DNA of 64,000 nucleotides from Ruditapes philippinarum (Eukaryota): the NCBI RefSeq assembly GCF_026571515.1, contig NW_026864013.1:1-64000 (forward strand), given 5' to 3'. Below the pieces are notes generated by a model. It made no database searches. It saw nothing but the letters and a program-made list of their open reading frames with translations, and had not been told where the DNA came from. Below are positions 1-12,295 of this stretch, one piece after another. How positions within the stretch are numbered: the stretch's first letter is position 1; each line of letters starts with the position of its first letter. The translations under genes and the position numbers were made by a program.

Positions 1-162
1 AACTACGATCCGCGCAGTCTGATCAGGATCCATGTTGTTCGCTTACAAACCCTATTACAAGTAGAGAAACTGATAGCGAACAACAGGGATGCGGATGCGC
101 AGGCTGGTCTTGATCCAAGCTGGTCGCAAACCCATTATGTTGGTTTTGTCATGGCACGGCTC
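1..162. mobile_element. Sola-like foldback MITE, partial copy
   Basis: Matches the full copy at 35378-35612; ends in GGCTC followed by ATAT. Confidence 0.75.
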
Positions 163-682
163 ATATGTATTACGAAGTATGTAAGTTATGTTTAAAATTC
201 TTCACACTATAGCTGGTCACAATATGATTACATAGTGTCGTAAAAAACTGGAATTTTTCTAGAGAAAAAACTAAACTTTACTTCATCTGTAATAAGGAAT
301 GCAGCTTCCCATATACAGTTTATTCATTCTTTAATTCAAATAAGACGTATTCGGTAAGAATTTCAATGATTTCAAAACATTTCTGTGAATTAAGACTCAA
401 GGGTGAGCATGCTTAATATATCTTAAATTTAGACCCAAGACATTACGATAAATCATTACGATCGTGTCGGCACTGTCTATATACTCGTAATTATATATTC
501 CAAAACAATATACAAAATGAAAAGATATATATTGTCACATCTGAGGGTTCATTTTTTGTTATTTTTATGGAATTATTTTCTATCTATTTTTGTATACATG
601 AAACGTCCAACATGGAAATTAATATTATCTATAGGAGGTATTCATTGAACGTTTTTATTAAACACCGCTGCTTATATATGAC

Positions 683-1282
683 TGTCATCGCGTGGAATGG
701 GTATATTTTGCTAATTTCATGTCTGTTGACAACCTTAAACTTTCATGTTCGTCTTTGTTGCGCATGCGTTTATTTAATCTCGGTCATAGTTTAATAGTCG
801 GATTTGTATTATTATACGGATCGTATTATATATAGGCTCTTTTATTTACACTGCACATGAGCACCGGCTCGGACGCGGTGACTGCACATGCGCGCTATCG
901 GCTCGGAACGCCGAGCAGTCGCCTTCTAGATTTTCTTCTGAGCACAGGCATTGTCTCATTTCTCTTATTAAATTATCTTAAATAATTAAATTTCTGAATT
1001 TGAGGTAAAGTTAATCAAATTATATCACATTTCAATAGTTTAGATCTTTACGTAAATTTTATGTCCAGCTTTATTTGGGACATTTATTCCAAAATATTCA
1101 ACTTTTTAACTCTGTTTTTATTTCGAGGTCTGACAGTCCGCGTAGTAGTCAAACTTTAAATATTATTGATCAATTGTTGCACCTTTTTAATTCTTAATAT
1201 AATTGTTACTTAAATAAATTATTTTAACTGTTTATCGACAGTGTTATTATTGTGTTAAACTACGACTCTCCAGCCGGTGACA
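683..1282. mobile_element. Possible solo LTR
   Basis: 600-bp segment bounded by TGTCAtcgcgTGGA and TCCAgccggTGACA (imperfect TG...CA inverted ends), with an internal GC-rich patch and AATAAA near 1213. No TSD or PBS seen. Confidence 0.35.
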
Positions 1283-1994
1283 TTTATTTTAGTCACTGTC
1301 ATCAACCATAGAAAGACAAGACTTTGTGTCTTCTTCTGAATTTCAACATCAATAATCATCACTCGAGATCATAGAACAACACAGAGAACAACATAAATAT
1401 CATCCTTGATTAGAATAAGTCCGCTACCATTTAGAGAGATTTTCCACGCCCATTTTGATAGGCCGTCTGATGACGGCCGACGCGAGTACAACATTGAAAT
1501 TAAATAAACAAAAAACCCTAAAACAATATTATAAATTCAACAAACCAAGTAAGAAGTAGAATCTAACGAACATACGAACGAGCACTGTGCTCGCGTCGCA
1601 ATATATTAGTTTACAAATGTAAAATGTAAAACACCAAGTAATTTTTAATAAGTTGTTTTTACCAATTTTGCGTTATTTCTCAGAGGTTTAGGGCTTTTAC
1701 AAAGGTATACAGGTAGAACGAAATTTTAATTGCATCCTAGTAAAACCTTAATTGGAGTTTTGATACCGACTCAAAATAATTTTGTATATAGTGAACTAGG
1801 CAGATCTAAATTATGTTCAATAAATTAGATATTGGTTGATATCGTGTATGTCAGAACTGAACTGACTTACTTGCTATTAAAAGCAGATTTTTAAAATAAT
1901 AGTAGGAAAGTAAATTTGGCTTCGAAAATACGATCGTTATTGGTAAAACAGAGGTGTTCCGCATATAAAATTTCTTTATGTATTTAGCCAGTTT

Positions 1995-2118
1995 ATCAGT
2001 TTCTCTATTTGTTATAGAGTCTGTAAGCGAATAGCATGGATTCTGATCAGACTGCGCAGATGGTCTGGATCCATGCTGGTCGCAAACACATTATGTTGGT
2101 TTTGTCGTAACGCGGCTC
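1995..2118. mobile_element. Sola-like MITE, partial copy
   Basis: Right half of the 35378-35612 family; ends GCGGCTC followed by AAAT. Confidence 0.75.
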
Positions 2119-5064
2119 AAATAAAACTTAACTCTTTACATTCCGTATCTTGTGTTTCTATCATCATATAAGAAGCACGATTTATGCAGCAACAATATAT
2201 TATCATTATCTACTTACTGTTTAAACGAGACTAATATGTAAGTCTTGTGGGTAAATAACAATTTCCTGATGAAATCTGGTAAAAAGACGGTCTTTAGGTT
2301 TTATGGTTTTAAGGCAAAAAATTTCCGTGCAAGTATAACTTAAAATAATAACGTATGAATGCGGTTTTGGAAGGTTTTTTTTTGTTTTACTTTGATATTA
2401 TCAGATTATAGCTAAAACTATCTTTTAATGGTCTCAATTTTCGCAGTTCGGATACTGAGCTAGATATGTAGAAATAGGTAGTCAGATAACCATAATTTTT
2501 TAAACTATCTTCTGGCGGAATGTCCTGCTAGCTTGCGCTTTCAGATGAGCATTCAAGCAGAGCAAGAATCCTACAGTTCATTACTGAATGTCCCGCTATA
2601 TTGCTCTTCCTGTGTGATTTCAGTGCAATCCAGCAACACATTGATTTGACACTTTATTTGTACTGTCAGCTGAGCAATTCTGCAGTACATTAGTTTAAAA
2701 CTGTATTTCGGAAAGCTATATTGCTCTGCCACCTCAACAGCTCATTATCAAACAGAAGGTTGATTTTGCATTCTTTTTTCCGGAATGCCCTTCTACATTG
2801 TCCTAAAAGCTGAGCATTTTAGAGAGAAAATATTTGCGAATGCTCCGCTTGTTTTTCTCCACCAGCTAAGCATTTTAGCAACGCATTGATTTACAAGATA
2901 TCCTAATTCCCTCTTGGTTGCTCTGTCAGAAAAAAAAAATTTCAACGGATAACTAATTTTTCACTATATTTTGTAATGACCTCCTCGTTTCACTCTGCCA
3001 GATAAACATTTTATTTCCTTTTATTTAAATTTTGATCTAAGTCAGTGTTAACTTCTTATGTAATATAACAATCTTATCATAGGTTTTATACAGTATACTT
3101 GTATTTATTGCTTCTTCATAATTATACTTAGGTGTTGATCAATCAAATTATCTTTCCACTATGTACGTTTCTACGGTTTTATATTATTATTTTGGTTACT
3201 TTTAAGTGTAAAAAAGCTATATTTTAAGCTGGAAACATTAATGTTTGATCTTGAAAAAGATATGCTTCCAAAATGTTTGTATGAAAGAAATGTGGAAGTA
3301 AATTGTCTTAAAATGGAATTGTGGATGCACAAAATTATTGATAAACGAATAAGACCCTACTTAGAATGGCAGCATGTTATTGTGATCCGAAAGATTTTAT
3401 CTGTTTTCGTACAATATTCATGTGAGTAAAATAAAGACACATTCTATATTACAATACCCTTTTATTTTTAAGTCCAATTATTTAAGTCACTGGTAATGTG
3501 GCCGTTTGTATAAAAATGTGACGCTACAGATCGTTGTACTTGGGTCAAATAATAAACAATTTCAAAATGCCAAGTCATTAAATGTTACACCTTCTATACT
3601 ATTACTGTTTGCAAAATAATCATGCAAATCATTCAAATATTAAAAGAAAAGAAAGCAACGGGGATAGATTAGCAATAAAGTTATGTAAATAAGAGATTTC
3701 TCGCTAATTGCGACATATCGTTGCTTAGCAACATAATAACAACACAACGAGCGTGTCATACAATGCTAATCATTTGTATTTGAATCATTACCATGCTCAA
3801 TATCTTCAATCTGGACAAACCATTCATCATCTTTACTGGGTTTTTTTTTCAAAATATGTACTGACTGAAAAGCAGTTATTGCAGACAACGATCAGAAGGC
3901 ACAGGTGGGTTGGTGGGTTTTTGTATGCACTGGTCGTATAGGTTGAATCATCCAGCAGACAAATTGTTAAACATATACCCAATACAAAAAAAGAAACGAA
4001 CAATAGCATATTAGTCTACGTATTTTAACGTTTAATGTCTTTAGGACTATGAAACATAATAAATAAATAGTTAATTTCAAAATTCTACGTTTACTTTTTT
4101 ATTCTTTAGAACATAACAGTGCAGAAAATTGTAAAACAATTCAATAGGGCCGTATGATGAAAATAGAAACAAGTAGTTTGAAATATGTTTATGCACTAAA
4201 CTGTTATAACAGTGTACTAAAATCACTGATGATAAGACTGATTGCCTTGACTTACAAACGCTCGCACGCTTCGCAACAAATATCTATTGCGCTTTTTTGA
4301 CACCTCAGGCGTAATAACACATGTACGGACACCTGAATTAAACTGGAATCCTGGTGACTTCGATACTTGAATCAACTGTTTCTCTCTTCCGGGTGTTATT
4401 CTGGCCATCGCCGCATCCAGTGTACCTGACTGGAACCGAATTGTACCTCACTGGAACCGAATGCTTGAATTTTCTACCAAAAGAAAACGATAAATATCCG
4501 TAATGACACTTGTTACAAACTTATTTCTTAAAATGCCTCTATACATCAACAATATTAAATATTATTTTATGTACATTTAGAAATATTTTAGTCAAAAGAA
4601 AGGAACAACTTGGACAGCTTCGTAAATATGGTCACGTGACTGAATTTCACATACTGTTACTGTCAGTTTGTAAAATTATAAAAAATTAAGACCATCCTAA
4701 CCTAAAAATTTAATTTAATTATAAAAAGAATGATATAGATTTTATCTAATGTTGAAATCTTATACTAGATTTGGCTTAAATATACTCTTTAAGGACGATC
4801 ACCCTGAATACGTTCTAATAATACGGTATGGACATTTTTGACTTCATGTTATTATAAAAATGTAAGTAAAGTAAATTAGAGTTACTGGTAAGCGATTTAT
4901 AGAATTAATAAATTCTTACACTGTCATGTATAAGATATAAGCAACTCCGACTTTAAAGTTAGGTACTATTACGAACCGTTTGACCATTATATCATTGTAA
5001 ATGGTTTGCTTTAAAAATACCAGTGTCTCGACAAGGCAGGAATCTAATTAACTTGATTCTGGAA

Positions 5065-6021
5065 TAATAATATCTGTCATATGTTGCGGTTCGGACCGGA
5101 ATATCCGTCCCGAGGGGACCCGCCCATTGGGCGGTAACGAGGCTTGCCGAGTTACCGCCCATGGGCGGGTTCCCGAGGGACGGATATTCCGATCCGAACC
5201 GCAAACATATGTTAGATATTTTTTCTTGCATATTCTGCCATATTATTTCATATCTAAAATGGTTTACCTCAATATGATATATGTTCATGGAAATTAAAGT
5301 CATTTCATCCCTAACTATTTCCTTAAAATAGCGTATGAACTTACAACTTTAATAACAACGGCGAAATGACGTCATCCTAAGCACATATTTCCCTTCTAAA
5401 ACGACGTCATTTACCGCGGTTCATTCATAAAGTGCGCTAAAATGACGTTGTTGTTTGGCACGCGACTCATCTGGCACCCCCCATGCCAGATGAAATTTCC
5501 GGCATGGGTAAAACTCACGGAAACACCAGTCTGCTATGCAAGAATGTCTATTCTTGCATAGCAGATTGGCGTTTCCGTGAGTTTTACCCATACCGGAAAT
5601 TTCATCTGTGCCAGATGAGTCGCGTGCCAAACAACAACGTCATTTTAGCGCGCTTTATGAATGAACCGCGTTAAAATGACGTCGTTTTAGAAGGAAAATA
5701 TGTGCTAAGGATGACGTCATTTCGCCGTTGTTATTTAAGTTGTAAGTTCATACGCTATTGTAAGAAAATAGTTATGGATGAAATGACTTTAAATTCCATG
5801 AACATATATCATATTGAGGTAAATTATTTCAAATATGAAATAATATGGCAGAATATGCAAGAAAAAATATCTGACATATGTTTTCGGTTCGGATCGGAAT
5901 ATCCGTCCCTCGGGAACCCGCCCATGGGCGGTAACTCGGCAAGCCTTGTTACCGCCCAATGGGCGGGTCCCCTCGGGACGGATATTCCGGTCCGAACCGC
6001 AACATATGACAGATATTATTA
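5065..6021. mobile_element. Head-to-head dimer of a ~480-bp non-autonomous hairpin element (Crypton-like?) forming a ~957-bp palindrome
   Basis: 5065-~5554 is the reverse complement of ~5559-6021, with axis AAGAAT-gtct-ATTCTT. Each unit ends in a ~150-bp hairpin with loop CTCGGCAAGCCT. Same family as 31556-32663. Confidence 0.8.
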
Positions 6022-6280
6022 GTCTAACATCGACAGCACAGCGTCAGGTCGGCTTGTCCCATTCCAATCTGGACCTATCGTTTGACCTTCTTCATTCAGG
6101 AAGTTCAGTTGTTGTGGGATGTCATCCAGTCTGGATTTTACACAGGGTTTTAAAGTATAATGGGCCCATCTGGCGTGAACAAAAGCGGCAGACTGACGTT
6201 CTGACTGAAGGGACAAACTTTTCTTCAGTACCACGTGTGGCAACACTACGCCGTATACCCTCATTACCTATGAAATAACA

Positions 6281-7239
6281 AAAAGGTAAGGTTAGACTCT
6301 TTGCAGATGACACTGTTGTCTACCTAACCATCAGATCTAAACAAGATGCCCAAACCCTCCAAAATGACCTTCATGCTTTAGACAAATGGGGAAAAAACTG
6401 GTCCATGGAGTTCAACCTTGACAAATGTGAAGTTCTCAGGATAACAAGAAAAGGAAACCCTGTAATATTTCCTTATACCCTCCATTACATCCAACTAAAC
6501 TCAACTCAAGAAGCGAAATACTTAGGAGTCACTATTAGTCAAGACCTTTCATGGACCAAACATATAAACAACATCACATCTAAAGCAAATAACTCCCTCA
6601 GATTCAGTAGAAGAAATGTTAAAACATCAAATAAAAAGATAAAAGAAACTGCATATAAGACCTATGTTAGACCCCAGGTTGAATATTGCGCCATAGTTTG
6701 GCATCCTTGGCAGAAATTCTTAATTTATAAGATAGAGCAAATACAAAGATCAGCTGCTAGATACATTTTTTATAATTACGACTATACAAGTAGTGTCTCA
6801 AAAATGATTAATGATTGGCAAAACCTTGAGCAGCGTCGAAACACCAGTGTTGTAACCTACTTGTATAAAATCCCAAACAACATTGTTTTTGTTGACCACC
6901 AACACCTTTCTCAAACAAGAAATCTGAAGTACCTGATACCATACTCGAGGACACAATATCATCAAAATTCTTTCTTTCCTAGGAACAAACGTCTTTGGAA
7001 TAGCCTTACCCTAACCGTTCAGTCTAGCCCCAGTTTAAACATCTTTACTGAGAGGCTTGACCCATTCTATAAATTCTAAACTGCACACTATGTCTTTTAA
7101 ATTAATAATCTTGTAGAACGTTTATTTCTTTAACTTTTTAATTTGCATATAAATAATTTCTTTTACTTATAGTTCCCTGACAACGCGCCTGCTAGTCATA
7201 ATCAAAATTGATTGTTAATCAGTATAATGTAGATGTAGA
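6281..7239 (+). mobile_element. 5'-truncated non-LTR retrotransposon (CR1/L2-like), 3' end of RT ORF
   Basis: Reads [28 protein letters not shown], continuing into ORF 6405-7079 (KYLGVTIS.DLSW, YKTYVRPQVEY, SFFPR..RLWNSL). The 3' UTR ends in a (GTAGAT)n tail. Confidence 0.9.
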
Positions 7240-8039
7240 TTAAAGAAATCCATAGTTAAACATAAATTAAAGTGACATTATACCTTTCTAAGTATAAATG
7301 GTTGGTGAAAAGGTCAAAGTCAAAACAACTTGAGATTTTTCTATAATAGTTTTTAATTTATAATATAGATAATAGTCCATGCGAATAATCAATAACCCAC
7401 ATAAATCACAAAAAAATCTCTATCTATATATATCCTTTTCTGAATATGTCGTTAATGCTCGGTTCACAAAATATAGGGATAGGCCTTTTTGTTTCAAGGG
7501 TATTTAACATATTTTATCTAAATCGATAATTGTTCACTGGTCATTATAATAGTCAATCTTATCTAAAGATATGATAGTTGCAAATCAAACTCAACTAGAC
7601 AGATTGAGCATCATGTAACTTAATACAGCCTATTTAAAGCAACGATCTTTATAATGACGGTGAAAAATCACTTTATCACCAGAATAAGAAACACATGGTA
7701 CTAGTTAATCTTTTTTAATACCCTCAATCTACTAAGTTATTTTCAACAAATAAAAACACAGCTCAGTCTTACTTTCAATTTCAAATTGTAATTTGTAACC
7801 GAAGCACTTGGGTTACCGATGAAAAAAAAGAATGGGAAAAAGTAACTGTAATATCATTATTAAAATGATAATAATAACCAAAAATTTAAACAAAAAAGAG
7901 AATGATAGAATGTGACCAAAATTGATTTCAATAAACAATATCAATCATGATACATGTATATTTATTCAAATATAACACACATATTGCATCAAGTCAAACG
8001 TTATTGAAGATTTCTGTCTATCAATATTCACAGTCCTAA

Positions 8040-10045
8040 AGATAAACATACAGATAAACCCTCATTCAAATCGTCTTTTACATATCCATCATTTGCACTG
8101 TTGCTAAGCCAGCGACCATGCCGTTTAAATAACATGTTTTTTAATCCTTTATTAGAGGCGACAGTGACCTTAAAGAATCTTGACGTCTTTAACATGTGGC
8201 TTTAAAGCCCTGAGAAAGTCTTCACGTAACGTCTTGTATGACATAGCCTTGTTAACTTTTCTCACAGAATACCAATTTTTTGAACAATTCAAATTATAAA
8301 ATACAAAATCATCACTTTTAAGAGACGACCATGACGAAAACTAGGCATAAACAAGTTCCTGTATCCAAGACCCGTCTCTACATTTATTATTCTTACTGCT
8401 TTCTATAGAAATTGACATGTATGTTTGAAAGAAAACAATATCAGACACTTTAATACTTAACAATTCAGAAATTCTCAAAATCCAGAAAAGGATAGAAGAC
8501 ACGCACAAATGATTCTCTGATTTTTTTTTTGATTTTTTTTTTGAAAAATACAAATGATAATAAATTTTTGATAATATGTCCCTTGTTAAATGTTCTTTTT
8601 TAACTGTTGGTTTGCCCAGTAATCTTTTAGATGATTTTAAACTAACTTTGAATCAGATTTAAAGTCAAATAAATCATGAAACCATTAAACTGCATAAAAA
8701 GCAGAAATCACAGGACTTGGTGTATTTGCTGTCAGTATCAATGAAACCAAATAAATTGTGAAAGGATAAGCCTTAGCAGGAAAGATATCCCCACTCCCTA
8801 ACCTATTATACTTTGCCAAATTCTCCCAGCGAGAAAACTGTTCTCATTTCCGAATTGTGCTATCAGCCTCGACTTGCATAAAAGATCCGGTTGTCCGGGA
8901 GTAGGTCCACCTTTTCTGCCAAAACTTAGGGTAATGCATCAATTTTTTTTATGCGTCTGTGAATATAAACGTATAATAAAAAAAAATATAAGTAAGTATG
9001 CTTGAAATGTAAATTTACAAATAATCACAATAAACACAATTTGACTGTACATTTTATCAATCAATTATGTATTGTAACTGATAAATTCCTTTTATCATAT
9101 CTGACAAATGTGTCTATCCCCGGCAATATTGCCTTTCCACTAACAACTCTGTCTATTCCTGGCAAAACTGCCTTTTTACTGACAATTCTGTCTATTGCTG
9201 ACAATGGTGCCTTTTTACTGACAATAATTATGTCTTTTACTTATTATAAGGGGGACAACTCTAAAGTAAAATACTGATATAAGTAATACGATTAATCTCC
9301 AATTGAAAAATCATTCAATAAAGCTATCACTCGGAATTTTAAATTATGTATAGTCGAAAATACCTTTCCCGTACTTTCATCGAGTATAAAAGTCTCTATT
9401 CGTAGGCAAATCTGTCCAATCCTTAACGCTAGACATAAAATTTCTGTTTTGATAGAGAATAGGCCAAAATACAGCTGATTCCAGCAAGGCTTGTGCTTTA
9501 TCAAATTTCATCTTTGACAATACTCCATGAATTATTGATATGGGTGGGACAAAATACCCGAAATCATTGCCCCTAAACTCTGTGAATGTGTCTATCCCTT
9601 CAGAAGAAAGATTCCAATGTCTGGAATAAAAACGATCATTTTTCGCATTATTTTCGGAAGCAAACCAGTCTCGAATTGACCAAAACGTTTTTGCAATAAA
9701 TCGAAAGTCTGAGAAGCAAGTCCCAAATCGTCAAATCTACAATTTTTTATATACTTTTTTAATAATCAGCTTTGATCATTCTTCGAACGAGGGATCCATT
9801 CTCACTCAAGAAAAATTGAATTTGGCAAGCAAAAATGTAAAATCTTATGAGATATATCCTGTAAGTCTTTTTTCATAGAACCTTTTTTCACTAATGTAGC
9901 AACCGCTTGATTATCCGACAACCATTTAACTCTTTCATGAGCTAAAATATGAGCCAAGGACTGTAAAACCCTATACACAGCTTCAAGCTCTCTCCAAGTG
10001 GAAGAATAACTTGATTCTTTAAAATTCCAAACACCATGGGAAACC
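8040..10045 (-). mobile_element. Decayed DIRS-type tyrosine-recombinase retrotransposon (RNase H, MT-like and YR remnants)
   Basis: Minus strand reads SSTWRELEAVYRVL..VKWLSDNQAV..VKKGSMKKDLQ (RNase H, ~9850-10040), DWFASENN..RFYSRHWN (~9600-9670), LRISELLSIKVSDIVF..MSISIESSK (8380-8480) and LFKRHGRWLSNSANDGYVKD (~8075-8135). Many stops and frameshifts. Confidence 0.85.
9065..9230. repeat. ~39-bp tandem minisatellite, ~4 units, inside the DIRS remnant
   Basis: Recurring CTGACAA..TGTCTAT..CTGGCAA..TGCCTTTTTA. Confidence 0.7.
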
Positions 10046-10851
10046 CCCTTTATAGCCCTTTCCCGTAACTAGGTTATTAATAATTGAATTGCTACCCCCA
10101 AGCTCACACTTACATGTCAAATGTTGAAAGTCTATATTTCGTGTCTGTTGTTATGTTTTTCAGATAACTTGGCAGAAATGATCACCATTATGATACCATT
10201 GGAAAAATGCAATGATCAAGTCACAACCCTGAAGGTCAGGGTCACACTCAAAGGTCTTATGTAAAACATATATTTTTCATACGTTCATTTAAAAACAAGT
10301 CAACATTACGTCGTTTGCTTTAATATTGAAACGAGTTTTATCTCACCTTGAAATAAACTACGTGGTCTCTTACACTACTTTCTGTAGTAAAATGATAGCA
10401 GACTATGCTGGATGTAATAAAACATATGGACTAGAGAAAGGAGGAAGCAAAAATGACATTTATTTTAAAGTTGTATTTAAATGACTTGATGATTTTCATA
10501 CTTCGACAAAACAAACTTTTTCGGACAAGATATTCTGAAATGTTCAACTGACCTTGGCCGTTAAATGACCTTTGTGGTCAAGGTCAACGTATTGAATTTT
10601 GATTAACTTTTCATGATTTTGCTACATATGTACGGATTCGATTCATCCTTGGAAAGACGAAACAGAAATGTTGAATAATTTAGATGTGACCTTGACCATC
10701 AAATTATTGAATTTTGATTATATTTTCTTAACATTGTCATTTATTTATGGAAAAGATTCATACTTTGATAAAACTAGTGTGACTAAACTGACCAATTAAA
10801 AATTAAAAAAGGAAAACTTAACACTGTTTCTTTCAAGATTAGTTTCAACCG

Positions 10852-11930
10852 TTTATTATATGCCCGAAAGAATTTCGGGCATATCATGTTATACCCCCTT
10901 GCGTCAATCCGTCCGTCCGATAGCAATTTGGCTTCCGGAGCTTAACTTAAGTTCCATTTGGCCCACAATATTCAAACTTCATAGGATGATTGTATTGATT
11001 TTGGGATCACAAGGTCAAAGGTCAAGGTCACTATTACCTTAAAATTGAAAACAGTTTCTGGAGCATAACTTAAGTTTCATTTGGCCCTCAGTGTTCAGAC
11101 TTCATAGGATGATTGTCCATATCAAGTAGAAGACCTCTATTGATTTTGGTGTAACAAGTTCAAAGGACAAGTTCACTATTACCTTAGAACTGAAAACAGT
11201 TTCCGGAGCATAACGTAAGTTCCATTTTGCCCACAGTGTTCATACGGCATTGAATGATTGTCCATATCAAGTAAAATACTCCTATTTATTTTGGGGTCAC
11301 AAAGTGAAAAGCCAAGGTCACTATTACTTTTTAACTGAAAACAGTTTCCGGAGCATAACTTAAGTTCCTTTTGGCCAACAATATTCAAATGTCAAAGGAT
11401 AATTGTCCATATTGTCCATATTGGGTAGAAAATCCCCATTGATTTTGAAGTCACAAGGTCCAAGGTCAAGGTCACTATTACCTTGAAACTGAAAACAGTT
11501 TTCGGAGCATAACTAAAGTTCCATTTGGCCCACAGTGTTCAAACTTCATAAGATGATTGTCATTATCAAATAGAAGACCCCTAATGATTTTGGGGTCACA
11601 AGATCGAAGGTCAATGTCACTATTTCTTTTTAACTGAAAACAGTTTCCGGAACATAATTTAAGTTCCATTTTGCCCACAGTGTTCAAACTTCATAGGATG
11701 ATTGTCCATATAAGGTTGAACACCCCTATAGATGTTTTGAGTCACATGATCAAAGGTCAAGTTCACTATTACCTTAAAACCGGAGCACAACTTAAGTCCA
11801 TTTTGCTCACAATATTTTAACTTCAGAGGAGGATTGCTTTATTTGAAGGAGGTAACACTTAATTAATTCCCATGTCTTACAAATGCTTCAATCTTACTAA
11901 AAAAAGAAACACTTTCGGGCATATTCTTGT
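10852..11930 (+). mobile_element. HINE/Helentron-type non-autonomous element with ~145-155-bp tandem array
   Basis: 5' ATATGCCCGAAA-gaa-TTTCGGGCATAT inverted repeat, (CCGT)n, ~6 units containing ACAGTTTCCGGAGCATAACT, 3' TTCGGGCATATTCTTGTT. Confidence 0.8.
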
Positions 11931-12295
11931 TTGTTTGTTTTTAGAAAGAGTCGAGTGTTGTCCCCGCCCGGCGGTGGCTCTAGCTTATTCAAGCTGCCGA
12001 CTCGTTTTGATTTTTGGTTGTGAAAACTATTGGGAAATATGACATTTCACACACTCCATCATAGTATCGGCGTAAAGTGAATTAAAAATAAAATGCATCT
12101 TACTTCGCGAAAATATATTCATTTATTGATTTCGAAGGAGCAGTAAAATATCAAAGTTAACAAGCGTGCTTCCTTGGGTGAATGTCAACTTCACACAAAC
12201 TTAAAGGGTAGCTCTAAAAAATCATTAACCTTACCAGCATATGGTTTTTAGTGAAGATCATTGAACAAAAATAAAGCATCATGTTTCGCCGTTAT

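Noticed and set aside
2510-3005. Degenerate ~70-bp periodicity as a possible coding repeat
   Set aside because: No sustained ORF; it looks like a decayed minisatellite too diverged to define.
4992-6022. Mirror-image ORFs of 103 and 106 aa
   Set aside because: By-products of the palindromic element; no protein similarity recognised.
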